NCBI GenBank assembly: GCA_964016885.1
Contig: OZ024741.1
Location: 390,786,001-390,850,000 of the forward strand
DNA length: 64,000 nucleotides
Origin: Eledone cirrhosa
Lineage: Eukaryota
Direction of reading: 5' to 3'
Below the pieces are notes generated by a model. The model had not been told where the DNA came from. It worked only from the letters and a program-made list of their open reading frames with translations, and did no database searches. This document shows, one piece after another, positions 11,530 through 26,389 of the stretch. Position numbers and translations under genes: made by a program. Position 1 is the stretch's first letter, and each line of letters starts with the position of its first letter.

Positions 11530-13845
11530 AAATTCTTTTTCGTTGTCACTGCTCAATGGGTGATGGGGTCAGAGTCCTCAAACGCTCCTTCCAAAATGTC
11601 TTGTCAGAAGCAGCCGTCTCCAACTGATCCGGGTGGATCCCTAAGTGAGACCAGCCAAACTCATGAATGTTATCCAACCATCTTACTCGGTCGACCATTG
11701 GGACTCCTGCTGGCTGGCTGGTTTTTTCCATAAAATCTGTCCAGCGATTCTTTCTTGAGACATTCTATCCACATAGCCATAGCATCAGAGCTTTGATATC
11801 TCAATTTGGAGAAGTAGCATCTCTACCTGGAGTGAATATCTGATCTCCGAGCTACACTATCGAGTAATGTTATTCCAAAGACCCTTTGGAGGAACCCCAT
11901 TTCGGCTCATATTCTTTCGTTCATTACCCAAGATTCATGACCATAGGTAAGGGTTGGCATCAATATCGAATTGAAGATAGCAGTTTTGGTTTTTACATCT
12001 ACTTCGCTTCTGATTACTGAATGCTGGAGCTGGTGCATTACTGGCACCAGCTCCTGTAATTCTTGCACTTAATTCAGCTCCCTGCCTTCCATCACTCATG
12101 AACATGGCCCTGAGATAGTTGAACTTCTCCACTTGCTTCAGTGGAACTCCATTCACATGTAGAGTGCACTGCGCAGGCTTCCTTGAGAAAGCGAGTGTTT
12201 CACTTTTCGCAGCACTGGTTTTCATTCCAGCTATGCAGCACTTGGCATGAAATCTATCGAGTGCAAGTCGGAGATCACCTTCAGTTGAGTTAAGTAACAC
12301 TGCCTTCCACAAATTCTAGCCGAATAATTTTTACATCCGCCAACATGATACTACTGTCAATCCTGTTCACGTAAATAATGAACAGGAGAGGTGACAATAC
12401 GCACCCATGGTGGAGACCAATTTCCACATTGAATAGTTCCGATTTAGCACCATTTATCCGAACACAAATTCTCTGGTGTTCGTACAGAGACATCAGAGCA
12501 GCAAGCTGACCATCCTGCAGAACTTTCTACTTTCAAGGTCGACAAAACATGAATATACCTCTTGGCAATACTCCCATGATTTCTCAAAAATCTGCCGCAG
12601 TGTGAATATCTGGTCAGCTGTGCTGCGTCCAGGGTAAAAACTGTACTGTTCATCAGCTAGCTTGGACTTGACAATCTCCTTGCATCTCTTTGCCAGGCAC
12701 TTAACAAAGACTTTAATGGGGATGCTTAACAAGATCTCTCTGTTATTGGAACAATCTCTCTTGTCTCACTCTTTGAAAATTGGGATTATCACTCCCAATT
12801 GCCATTGCTTAGGTGCCTTTCCAGAGATCCAGACCACCCAGCACACATGCGTCAGCCAGAGAATAACTTCTCTATTTAAGGCTTTAACATCTCTGGCTGG
12901 ATTTCATCTTCCCCAGCGGCCTTGCCACACTTTAGCTCTTTAACTGCTCTTGTGACCTCAGCCTCCAAGAGATTATTCACCGCTCTCAGATGCACCTTGT
13001 GTGCATCAGAAGATGCTGTTGCGATCGGGTTTAGGAGATCAGCAAAATATTCTCTCCACCTCGCAAGGATGCACCTCTGTAGAGAGGAGAACCCCAGATG
13101 CGTTCTAGATAGCAAGTGTGGAGGAGGGCTTCTTATTACTAAGTCGGTGGATGGTCTACCAGAACATTTTATTTGTTGATCTGAAGTCGGATTCCAGCTT
13201 AACCCCAAAGTCTTCCCATGTCTTAACTTTGGATGCCTTTACTGTCTCTGCTGCGATTCTTTGTGCCTGATTGTACTGCAAGTGCAAAAAGAACTTATTT
13301 CCAAACCCAGCTTTGTTGGCCTCCTTCTTTGCTTGGATGGGATCTTTGACCTATTGATTGAACCAAGTGGCTCTCATGCCATCTGGTGCCACACCAAGCC
13401 ACTTTTCCCAGCAGCATTTAACAGCAGAAACTGCTGAGCTGAACAATCTCCACCCTGTCTCAACATCCTCAGTTTACTTACAATTCTCTGAATTTGGATG
13501 CAATATTATCTGCATACCTGGTCCTAACTTCTTTATCTACCAATGCTCTCCACTTTATCCTGTAGGTCTCTCTAGACCTGCCAGTTTTGTGGGCTTCTTT
13601 GGCTTTAGGTAATTTCAAAATAACTAGTTGGTGTTCAGTTGACAACTCATCCCCTCTCTTAACATGAACATCCATCACAGAATCAAAGAGATCAGAGACA
13701 GGAAGAAAATCAATTATTGATCTCTGTCCCGGATTCCCTTTATACTATGTATATTTATGGATGTCTCTGTGCTGGAAGGTGGTGTTCATAATAGAGAGTC
13801 TATTGCTAGAGCAGAAGTCTAATAAGGCCTCTCCATTAATATGTC
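11530..13845 (-). mobile_element. Old RTE LINE (Expander-like), EN+RT remnants, no PHD insert
   Basis: GKAAGEDEIQPEMLK, GLHHGCVLSPLLFIIY, LKQVEKFNYL in shifting frames. Confidence 0.85.
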
Positions 13846-14416
13846 TGAAAATTTAACTTAAATTGGAACCTTTTAAAATGTTTTTGTTTCATAGAACCAG
13901 GACCAGCTTTGGCTGGACTAATATCAAAAGTGTTCAAATCTGTTGAATTTGAAAATACAAAATATGCTTCTCTATAACAATTTGGTTCTCTGTTGCCTTT
14001 TCTGGCCCAGATTGTATACTTGCTACTTTACAAAATAATTCCTGAGTAATGCCTGCCAAGGAGCAAATGGGATCAGTTTAGTTATTTTATTAGGCAAAAT
14101 ATTTTATTATTTTATAATCAGTAAAGAAATTAAAATAGCCATTAGACAGTGGCCATGTTGAAGCACTGTTTTAAGAGATTTAGTTGGTCATATCAAGCCT
14201 AGTACTTATATATAACTGGAGTGTATATTGGTTTTATATACCATGATGTATAGTATATATTATGATGTGTATATAGGTTTTAAACACCATGTTTTATATA
14301 CCATGTGCATATCGACTTTTAGAATTGGTATGATTCCCCTGACTAAAAAGGTTGGCATTGTTCCACTTAAAAAAACTTATTGCCACCATTTTCAATATTT
14401 AATTTGGTCATTTTAG

Positions 14417-14524
14417 TTACAAGAGAAGAATTCATTGATTAGGGCAGCTAGAAATGAAAAGTCACAACTAAAGAGCGATTATGAAATGCAAATGCAGCTG
14501 AATCAACAAAAATTTGAACAACAG
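14417..14524 (+). CDS. KIF23: KIF23 coiled-coil exon
   Basis: ttttag acceptor, gtaatc donor; 108 bp open frame LQEKNSLIRAARNEKSQLKSDYEMQMQLNQQKFEQQ; phase 0/0. Confidence 0.8.
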
Positions 14525-15299
14525 GTAATCAATTAAACTATTTGGTAATCTTTTGTTATTAACTATATTGCTAATGAGTAAAACTTTGATTCTTTTAATG
14601 CAGCCATGTTGAGGCACTACCTTGATTTAGTTGATTTTGTTGACCACAGTACTTTAGGGTCAACACTTCTGATTGTTTATCCAACTTATTATGGTGTGTT
14701 TTGTCGGGTTATGTCTACTATAGGGGGAAAACAGGATGGTTTTATTGAATTGCTTCAGTTATTCGAAGGGCTTTACAAACGGTGATATACAGGGTACTTG
14801 AACAGTGCCTAAATATGTTCACTCGGTTATAATTTCTTCAATAATTGCGATGACTTCTTCAATTGTTCTGTGTTTGTTCTTGAGCGCTAATGCAGTAAGT
14901 TTGCTATTCTTATACATAAGTTTGTTGAATAAGTTCGATACTCGTCGAGCTGAAACTTCCCCAGCTTATTCACTCTGAATGAAGAAAGCTGGATGGAAGA
15001 AGGACTTATGACTTAAACAGCTATTGATAGTTCCACACAAAAAATTGATCTGCCATAAACAAACCTAGCAAATGTTGCTATTGAAAATCCAGTATGGGCA
15101 CCCAGGGTCGCTAGCATGTTCAGGCGCACTCTGGGAACTGCGAATAACCCCACCTTTCCCGGGTATTACCGGGTACTGTAGCTAGTGGTACATAAACAGA
15201 TTCACACACATGCATATATATATATATATATATGTGTGTGTGTATATACACATACATATATATGTGTATATACACACATGGATATATATATTTATACAA

Positions 15300-15455
15300 C
15301 AGACTTCTGTAGTTTCCATCTCCCAATTTCCATTCATAAAGGCATTGATCAACCTGAGGCAATAGTAGAAAATGCTTGCCCAAGGTGCTACACAATTGGA
15401 CTGAATCCAGAACCAATTACTTGCGAAGTGAACTCCTTAACCACGTAACCATACC
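15300..15455 (-). mobile_element. tRNA-derived SINE
   Basis: Minus-strand ggtatggttacgtggttaagg head and ggttctggattcagtcc B-box-like motif. Confidence 0.6.
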
Positions 15456-16589
15456 TGTAGCTAATTACTCATCCAGTGTCTAAGTGTTTTAAGTAATTTT
15501 CAATATAACCAACCCTTGCTAACTGGGAAAACAGATGTTAAATGAATGATTTTGTTGAGATTTAATAAAGTATTTGTAACATCATCATTATCACTGTTTA
15601 ACATCTATTTTCATATTTGCATGAGTTAGATGGGTTGTGACATTACGAGATAAGTCAGGTCAGGTGACCTTGACTTACTCATATGGAAGTGTTTCTGGTT
15701 TGGTTTCTACAGCTAGATGTCCTTCTTAATGCCAACCATGTTACAACGTAGACTGGGTGCTTTTTATCTTGGCACCAAAATGACCCTCTAACGGGGTAGA
15801 CAGGGTGCTTTTTCATTGAGGCACCAGTACAACTACCTTACAGGGTGGATTGGGTGCTTTTTTTTTTGTGTGTCGCCAACATGATTACCATACAAGGTGG
15901 ACTGGGTACTTTTTGTGTCGCCAACATGACCACCTTTCAGGCGCGTTCCGCCCCGCCGAGGGTATACTCTCTGGCAACCTGAACATGATAATGTAAAGAC
16001 CACTTGGTCTCTTGCGAGATGACTTCAAAACGGTAACAAATAACTTTATTTGATTTCTTTCATCTACTCTTGACATGTCAACCATTCTGCTCTACATAAC
16101 TCAACCATATTAAATAAACATTGTACATACAACACTGAGTCTCCTGTTATATTCATACAACCCAGTGTTCTGTTATAGTGTAAACTGGGTGATTTTTGTT
16201 ATACAACCACCTTACAGGGTTGCCTGAGTGGTTTTTGATGTGGTGTCAGGACTGTGGAAGAGCAGGGGTGGAGTGTCCAGCTTTCCTTGCTTGTATGCAT
16301 GGGTTGAACAGATAGTGTATCATGAGGTGTGGAGTTGGTCTAGTAGCTAAGAATCCTCACTTATGACATGGAGTGGATGACTTGGGTCTATTGAGGCCTT
16401 GGTTACCAACTTATGTATGTGATGCTCTCTAGGGAGGGGTGTAGGAACAATGTCTGAGAGCACTCAGTTGGTGTAGGACAGAGACGTCCTGTGATGGGTA
16501 TTAAGGTTTTCTTCAGGGCTATATCTAGATTCTTAGTATGGGAGCTCCTGCACCATACAGGAGAGGCATACTCTGCAGCACTAGACCAA

Positions 16590-17035
16590 GGCTAGGTACG
16601 TAGAGTGGATGTGCCAACACTCCATGACGTCATGCCACCCTTTCTCTTGTCAAGTAGCAAAACTGCGAAACTCAAATTTCAACATGCCTCAAACATGGAG
16701 AGTTAGCTGGCAACAGAAATTTCGACCAACCCAACTGAATGTCAACCCTAATACAACCCTCCTCCCAGGTACCAACCTTTCTTGGTGGGAGTGGGTGACC
16801 CTTAATCGGCTACACACAGCTGTCGGCTGATTCAATGCAGCCATGCTCCACTGTGAGCTGCGACCATCAGCAGCTTGACTGGCTCGCCAGAGCAGACTGC
16901 AGAACACATTGATTGAATGCCTGGATCTCCATCCACTTGGGAGTGTGGACCTCACACACTCTAATCCCACTACTGTGAGTTGGTTGCAGTGTCTGGTGGA
17001 TGTCACATGATTGCTGTCTCATACAAAAGAAGGTG
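16590..17035 (+). mobile_element. 3' fragment of a Vingi/Ingi-like LINE
   Basis: PGTNLSWWEWVTLNRLHTAVG resembles the WxxLNRLRTGxG motif preceding a CCHC knuckle; clade uncertain. Confidence 0.5.
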
Positions 17036-17368
17036 TGGAGGGATAGTAGAGTGAAATGAGTTTGCAGGCAGGTGATGGGTGAGTATTAAGATATGGGAAG
17101 GTATTTCTATGTTATGTTGGTGTTGATCAACTGCCATCACATGCTATTCATTTTAGGTGATTTTGACTTAAATACAAACACTTGAGTACATGTGGTTATG
17201 CAGGTTGCTATTAAAATGCTTCAATTATTAGCTTGATCATTTGATCAAGCGTTTTTAGATTAAATTTGAATGATTTAATATTCTCTTGAATATATTTCTT
17301 TTTTCACATATTTACAGGTACATATGGTAATTATATTTTACATGGTATGTCGTTTGTTTTATTTGTAG

Positions 17369-17650
17369 GAATATGAGCGACAGAGACTGGAAGACGAGTG
17401 CCGGGCACATAAACAAAAGAATCATAAACTACATATTTTGAAAAGCCTTGTGAATGAACATTCGGAATCTAGTTCTAGCACCACACCATCAGTTACTCCA
17501 AAGCCAGTCAAAAAATTAAGAACATTCACTACACCAGCTCCCTACACTGCTCCCAGACCTGACCCAGTTCCACGGAAACCTACAACAAGGCTAGCTGCTG
17601 CACGTTCCCTCCATGATTTAAACCAAATTGGTTCTTCATCTTCCAAAAAA
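17369..17650 (+). CDS. KIF23: KIF23 exon, end of coiled coil and S/T/P-rich linker
   Basis: tgtag acceptor, gttagt donor; 282 bp EYERQRLEDECRAHK...SSSSKK; phase 0/0. Confidence 0.8.
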
Positions 17651-17937
17651 GTTAGTATCATCAGCACCATACAGGAATGGTCACTTCTTTGTTCTCCTTT
17701 TCTCTTTGCTTATTTCACTCTTCACTTTGTTAAACTGCATTTTCTCCTTCTTGGTTTATGTTCCTTTTCCACTTTTGCTCTTTTCATCATCGGGTTGTTC
17801 AGGTTATCATGGTCTGAGTTCTTATTCAGAATTATTGTCTTCCTAGATGTATGGCATGGTTTCTGTGGCTGGATGTTCTCAACACCAACCACTTTATAGA
17901 GTGCACCTAGTGCATTTTATTATGGCACTATTATTAG

Positions 17938-18180
17938 AAGGCGCGTGGCTTAGTGGTTAGAAAGTTGGATTCACAATCACGAAGTTGTAAATTTGATTAC
18001 CGGACCAAGTGATGCAAGACACTTTATTTCAGTTTACTCAACTATAGAAAGTAGTCAAAACATGACTTGTACTAAGCTGTATCAACCTTTGCCTTTCCCT
18101 TGGTCGATATTGGTGGCATTAGTTGTGACAGGCGTTACAAGCTTGCGATGTAAAATAAACCTGCTAACAAAAAACAAATA
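17938..18180 (+). mobile_element. tRNA-derived SINE
   Basis: ggcgcgtggcttagtggttag head; related minus-strand copy at 19270-19442. Confidence 0.65.
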
Positions 18181-19443
18181 GAAGGCCTCGTTCTGGAGGA
18201 ACCTCTGGACTGATGGGCCATAAGCCTACCTAGTGTTGGATGAAGATGAATACCAATACTAGAGAGGTTGTTTTAATCACTGCAACACCAGAGAAACTGT
18301 TCCATTCCATGGACTCTGAGAGGAAGATTTGAAGTGGAATGATGAGCAAAAGTTGTAAGAGGAGAAAATATGGTTTCTTCAAATAATCCATATATAAATT
18401 ATCAGCTTATTTGCTTTAGTACCATGTGAATAAATGACACTGAAGATGGATAAAGATCCTGAAATATTAGAATTTGGTGTTCTCACATTGTTACTAAGAT
18501 AGCTGTCATGATCACAGATTAAAATACCTACAGCAAGACTGATATATATTTATATGTATGCTTTCATCCTCTATTATGAATCATGATGTGTTAGTGCTAC
18601 TGCTAATTAATACCCTTGCAAGCAGGGAAAAGCAGACATAAAATGATGATGATGATATTGTATTAATTATTGTATTAACTATACATTGTACTTATTCAGA
18701 CCAATTCAGTTTTAGCCACGTTTCTACATACAATACTCTCTACAGTTAGAGTACTAAGTAATGGATCTTTCATATAACAGTAAAATAGGTTGAAATTAAG
18801 TTGGGCTGTTCTCCTATTTCAAGTCTCAGAGAAAAGAAAATAAGTGGCTTAAAGATATGTTATATTTGATAGTGTGGAAATGAGTGTGCCCATATTTCTC
18901 TCATTGCAGATTTGATGTTACTTGAAGTTTTAATGCTCTTTACAATAGTTATATTGACACCTATTTAATTATTTCTTAAGATAGGTGACATTCTTCAATT
19001 AATAGCTTTAGCTATATGGTACTATCATTCATCCTAACTACACCAATTATGTATGCCTACATATTTCTTCTTCGTACACACCCCTCCCTCTCTCTCTCTC
19101 ATATCATCATCATCATTTACGTCCGCTTTTCCCTGCTTGCAAGGGTGGGATGGGAACTGATTCTGGCTTGATTTCTACAGCTGGATGCCCTTCCTAACAC
19201 CAACCTCATTTACAGTGAGTGCTGGGTGCTTTTTTTGCCGTGGCACCTACACGTCCACTTTGCAGTGGAATGATATGGACCCCAGTCCCTATCATCTCAC
19301 TTCTATAGCTGAGTAAACTGGAGCAATGTAAAATAAAGTGTCTTGCTCAAGGAAACAACACATCACCCGGTCTGTCTAAGAATTGAACTCACAACCTTTC
19401 GATTGCAAGGCCAATGCTTTAACCACTAAGCCATGTGCCTCCA

Positions 19444-19578
<135 letters not shown>

Positions 19579-19919
19579 CAGCAATAAAATGTATACACAA
19601 TTCAAGAAAAGAAAAAATTGTATAAATATTTTAATGCTAATTTACTATAGTAAACAGTGTTATTGTAATTTCATCTAACTTTGAAAGTGGTATTTATATT
19701 TATAGAGGTATTTAAACAAGTTAAATATTTATATACACTTTTCTTTTCCTGAAATGTATATACATTTTTGTAGAAGACTGTGTGTGTGTATATATGTAGA
19801 TATATATATATATATAGTTCATGGAAGCTATGGAGTTGGAAGATCTGGGATGAGGTGATAATTGCTGACCTTGCACCTCTCAAAGGCGATGACACATGAC
19901 TGGGGCCAATTGACCACGC

Positions 19920-22070
19920 TAAACCCTTCTCACAGCAGAACCACAGTTTATAACGGAGGTTGGGCCAGTTGGCCGTGTCAAGCCTTACTTATAAAGGGAG
20001 CCATTTTACTGGGTGGACCTGCTGCCGACCTTGTTTGTAGTGTGAGGCTGGGTGGTGCCGTTATGAGTCGAATCAGGGGTTGAGTTGTTGACATGGGTCC
20101 TGTGTCATACTCATTGGGAGTTTCAGTTGGAGTTTCAGTTGAGTCAGGTCCACTTTTATCATTTCATCCCATGTCTTCCTTGCTCTGGCTTCTCTCTCTG
20201 CCCTCTCCTTCTCATGGGAAAGTTTGAGTGCAGTTTCAATTTCAAGCAGTGCCTGTTTCAGATAGGGTTCCTTCTTGTTCTATTGTGTTTAACAGGTTTG
20301 AGATCTTTGTTTTTCGTCTCATAAGAATTTTCCTGTCTCTGGGAATAACATTTTTGTGTCTGTTGGCCTTTTTTCTGGGACAAACTTATGGCATATGGTT
20401 TGTATTGTTGTCATGAATGTTGAAATGGCGCGTTGGTGTCTTGTGTGGAGATGTCGCTCCAGTTTTGCTTCAGGATCTCTTCCTGGATCCTTTTCCAGTT
20501 AGTCTTATGAAAGTTTAGGCTGGATATATCATTAGTTCTACTTTGGAGAATATCGTTGGTGTCACCTTTACATTGTGGATGAGCACTGCATTATTTGTAA
20601 AGCAGAGATCCAAGACATTCTCATCTCTGTTTGTGAGGTCCAGCAGGGACTCTGCCTGTCTCTGTTTGAGTGTTTTTATTCCTGGGAGGAGGTGGTCTTC
20701 AGGCCATTTGGCCTTGGGTAGGTGAAAGCCTCTCAATAACAATACATTAAGACTCTGATCCAGTTTGCCAAGAATTTCCATATTACTGAGACTATCTGAC
20801 TGGTGGCCGATATGTGACACATATTACCATATTGAGTTGCTTTACATATACTATCAGTGTGTCACTGAGTTGGAATGTGACAACAGTACAATGAGTGACA
20901 TCTTCACGGATGTACAAAGAAACTCCACCATGAGTTCTGTCAGTACAAAATACAGTATACTTTGGTATATGAATTTCTGCATCTGCTATACTAGTTGTCG
21001 GGTGCGTTTCAGTTAGTGCCATGCATATTGCTTGTGACTAGGTCTCTCAGATAGGGAATTTTACTCATGTTTCATCAGGCCCCTGTCATTCAACAGCAGC
21101 ACTAGTGGGACATTTGGTGAGGTATCAGCTGTGGCTGTTAAATATGGCACCTGGGTTGGTGTCAGCAGCGGCCACCCTGAGTCTCTTTGTTGTAGTGGTC
21201 TCGAGTTCTGATGTGAGTGACTTTGGCTCTGAAAACGATGTAACCAGGTCAGTTGCCCCTTAATCCTCTCCACCATTTACAAAAAAGACTTTTGCTCTGC
21301 TGCCGCATATTGTCTCTTCTTTGTTGGGGTGGCACGCGCAACATCTGCATACTTAAGGGGCAGTGACCCCATGTACTGTGTTTTGTGTTTGTCTTGGTTT
21401 TGGCTGGGGTATTTTGGATGAGCTGGTTGGGCGTAGCTTGCCTGGGGTGAGCAAACCTGCAATCTGTCCCTGCTTCTCCATACCAGCAGGTGCCCTTTCT
21501 GAAGAACTTGCAGGTTATTTGGGTTTTCTTTTTCCCAGGGTCTCGGCACCTTGTTTTGTTCTTCCTTTGGACAGTTGTCTACTGGTCACTTTCTGCTTGG
21601 ATTCCCTTCTTTTTCTGGTGGTTCCTTGTTCCATTTTTACCGCATTCTTGTTGTTCGCCCAGCTTGTCTTCCCTGACTGCAGTGCTGTCATCTCACATGC
21701 GGTTGTTCTCAGCTCCTTCTGTGCCTCTGTAGACCCTTTGTGGCTAGTGTTTGTTTTTTCTGCTTTTTCCCTTTCTTTGTCTTCTTCCTCCTTGAGGACA
21801 CAGCTCATCAAAGGCATGTGTGGCACTATGAGGACATAGGCCCCCTCAATTTCCTTCTTTTTTCCTCTATCTGTGCCCAAGTCCTCAAAAAGCTATGGCT
21901 CTTCAAGGTCTCCGCAATTATTTTGGTTGGTGGTGATCCATCAGCCAGGTTCCATCCTTTAATTATTCCCTCCAGATCTCTCTTTGTCCATTTTCGTTGA
22001 CTTCTATTAATTTTATTTGCATTTCCTCCTTGCATGTGGTCCATTTCGCTGGAGTCTATGTGAGTACCTC
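19920..22070 (-). mobile_element. Degenerate CR1/L2-group LINE: ORF1 with CCCH finger plus APE endonuclease remnant
   Basis: LTETH...HGGVSLYI, VTYRPP, NVLDLCFTNN endonuclease motifs; CKFFRKGTCWYGEAGTDCRFAH near 21445-21512. Confidence 0.7.
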
Positions 22071-23872
22071 TTATCTTATGACAGGTTAAGTTGGAAAAGA
22101 GAGAGAGAGTGGTGGGTGAGATAGAATGAGAGAGAGAAGATTTAAAGTTGGAGAGGTGGTAGAGAGAGGATGGCTAATGGAGAGAGGGAGAGTGATACAG
22201 CAAAAGGGAAGGAGGAATAGATATCTAGAGGGCAAAATTGGTCAGACATGACAGTAGGTAGCTAGAGAGAGAGATAGTGTGAAAAATCCAGGGAGCAGGA
22301 AGGAAAGCCAGACCAGCCAAAATCAGAGAGAAGCTTAGCAGCTTCAAACAAGCATTGGTTAATATAATTATTATTATGGTTTTTAAATATTATTAAAGAT
22401 TAAATAAGAATTTTAAATGAGACACTGCGCCAGCCATATAGGGTTTGTTTACAAAACACGTGTTAAGAATATTACATATAAGTACTGCGGATTCAAATGA
22501 ATAGATATTATGATTATTACTGTAACTATTTAATATTAAATACAAGGAGAAAAACGTGCATCAGTTTTTTTTTTTTGTTTTGTTTACAAACACTTATCGC
22601 TATAGAATCAGATAACAGCGGGATAAGATGGGATAAAATGATCTGCTAATTAAATAAAATAATATATTTATCATAAACCCATGCTAGCGTGGAAGATAGA
22701 CGTTAAAAGATGATGATGATGATACCAATAAAAACAAAAAAACAATACATATATAATTTATACTTAACTTAATTACTACAACAGTTATGAAAAGAGAGAG
22801 AGAGATACTGAGTCACGTGAAATAATTTGTTCTAAATTAATAAATAACCAAAATAATCACACAGAATACTTATCTATTACAATTTAGCCAAAGATGTGGA
22901 ATTAAAAATAATGAAACGGTTGTTTAAGATACTTTCAGATGTTTTTTAAGATTTTCAAGGAACTTTACAGTGTGGGCTGGGAGCTTTTTGTTGTGACACC
23001 TATACAATCAGTTTACAGTGTGGGATGTGTGTGTATAGGGGCGTGTTTGAGGGGCTGAATGTCAGGACATGTGGGAGTTGTATGGAAGAGGGGATGGAGG
23101 TGAAGGTTGTGCATACTAGATGTATGCTTCAACCTTTGCTCATGGGAGGTGTATGGAAGGGAGATGGAGGTTAAGGTCGTGCATACTAGATGTATGCTTC
23201 GGCCTATGCTCATTGGAAAGGGGGTCTTCTGTATTATTGCCTAACGACAGGGGTCTTGGTCCTGTGTCACCGCCTTTGAGCAGTGCAATCGTACAAGGTC
23301 AGCTTTTATCACCTTAACCCAAGTCTTCTTGAGTCTTCATACTCCATAGCTTCCATCAACTTTGAGCACTCTGCACATTTTTATACATCCTTTGTACACC
23401 TCATTTGCCAATCACATTAGTATTTTTTTATAGTGAAGAAGTTAATGTCCAAAAATTTTTAGGTTTAAAAGATTTCCATAGTATCATACATTGATTGTTT
23501 TGGGGGGCTTTGAACTACCCCCAAAAGCAGGAATTTCTATTCCATGTCTTTTTCAGGGGATGCAAATAGATTCTTACATCTGTGTAAAATACTTTGTCTA
23601 TTTTTCTAGACTCCCCTCCAGATGCATTTAAAATTAAAAAACTGTGCATTTTTGTACTTTTTCCATTTTTAACCCCCTCAATACACTGTAAATCAAGCCT
23701 TTGGGTAACTGAATTCAACTATTCTGTCAAGTTTGCAAACCGTACTGCATGATTAGAGAAGATGGGGTGCTGAACATTTATTGCTATTCAGTAACAGTTA
23801 CCTAAACTTTGAATCCAAGACACAGATTTTTCAAATTTTCAGTTAACATTTTCTTTGAAATGGCCAGCTTAA

Positions 23873-24078
23873 CCCTTTAGCATTCAAACCGGCCATATCC
23901 AGCCAGATTTCTCTCACATCTTCTGTTCAAACCGGTTATAACTGGCCACTCATACCAACGTTAAAGTATTGTTCTTAAATAAATAATATCAAAATCTCAT
24001 AAATTTGATATTATGTTAGATAAAGCCTTTACTTTGAAAATACAATAGTATATATAGAATAATGCAAATGCTAAAGGG
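23873..24078. mobile_element. piggyBac-family MITE, inverted relative to the 7254 copy
   Basis: TTAA flanks, ccctttagcatt...aatgctaaaggg; internal similarity to reverse complement of 7254-7470. Confidence 0.87.
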
Positions 24079-24954
24079 TTAAAGCAATTGGCTTTTAGTG
24101 TCTGAGGGACTTCAGATGGCAGAGATTAAGTTCCAAGGGTATGTAATAAAAACCATTTGGTGTATTAGGCCTCTAAAAATCATAAAAATCAAATAAATTA
24201 AATATCTTTGAAATTTCATGAATTGCCCAAATCTTTAAATGGCCATAAAATCTGTTTGGTAAGTGCTATGGACCTAACATTTTCAGGAATGACTTCCATT
24301 ATTGATACCAATAAGTGGCAAAAATTTGAATACCTCTAGAACTGACTCCTGTTGGATTTCACTGGAATGATTTGTATATGTATATATATATAGTAGACCA
24401 CCCGTCACCTGTTGGGTCACATTCACTTAAAAATATGTTTTAAAAAAAGCATGTTCACTTAAAAATAATTTTTGAATAATTAAAATATACACAGACACAA
24501 ACACACACACACACATGTATATATATATATACATATATACACACACACACACACACACCGTCTAACCCATGCTAGCGTGGAAGATGGACTTTAAATGATG
24601 ATGATGATGACACACACATATATACACACACATATACACATATTTCATTCAACAATACCACCAGCTCTCTCTTCCATTTTCCTTCTCTGTCTCTTCTCTC
24701 TCTCTATGTCTCTCTTTCAATCTACTCTCTCACAACCATTATCTCCTTCTCTCTATCTTTCTCTCCCTCTATTTATGAAGGTACCCAGAAAAAGCCCGTA
24801 TCTCTGGAACCAGTGCACCGATTTACGCGAAACTTGTTTTATTCCACTTGTATTCCCATTTCAGGGGCAACTCCCTTTTAAAGTATTTCCCCATTATGCT
24901 CCGTTTTGGCTGTATTACATTACAGACATGTACACGATCCCAGAGTTTTAGTAG

Positions 24955-25427
24955 TCATCATCATCATCAGGCTTAGCGTCCGTGTTCCACGCTTGCATGG
25001 GTTTGGACGGGGGTTTTCCCACTTGAGGCAAGAGTGGTTGTCTTGCTCGCATAGGACTGTCTGGCGGGTTTTCTACAGTTGGATGCCCTTCCTAACACCA
25101 ACCACATTTACAGTGTGGGGCTGGGAGGTTTTTACCGTGTTGCCTACACGGCCACATTACAGCGTGGACTGTCTGGCGGGTTTTCTACAGCTGGATGCCC
25201 TTCCTAACACCAACCACATTTACAGTGTGGGGCTGGGAGGTTTTTACCGTGTTGCCTACACGGCCACATTTACAGCGTGGACTGTGTGTTTTTTTTTCGT
25301 GACACCTACACGATCTCATTTGTTTCGGCCTGGATGTTGTGGGACCAACATAACTTTACATTGAAGGGGCGGTGTGGATGGGGTGGAGGTGGTGGGACGG
25401 GGGTGTGTTTTGATAGAGATGCCTACT
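24955..25427 (-). mobile_element. RTE family B, 3' UTR only
   Basis: Matches reverse complement of about 51016-51480 including the 112 bp duplication. Confidence 0.9.

Positions 25428-26389
<962 letters not shown>

Noticed and set aside
14930-15030. Possible hammerhead ribozyme or Penelope remnant
   Set aside because: CTGANGA and GAAA cores are not in a workable order with supporting stems
17438-17899. 153 aa ORF with hydrophobic tail
   Set aside because: KIF23 exon read through the donor at 17650 into T-rich intron
17938-18010. tRNA genes (also near 4790, 19380, 33665, 60487)
   Set aside because: Degenerate A/B boxes followed by SINE bodies; no complete cloverleaf
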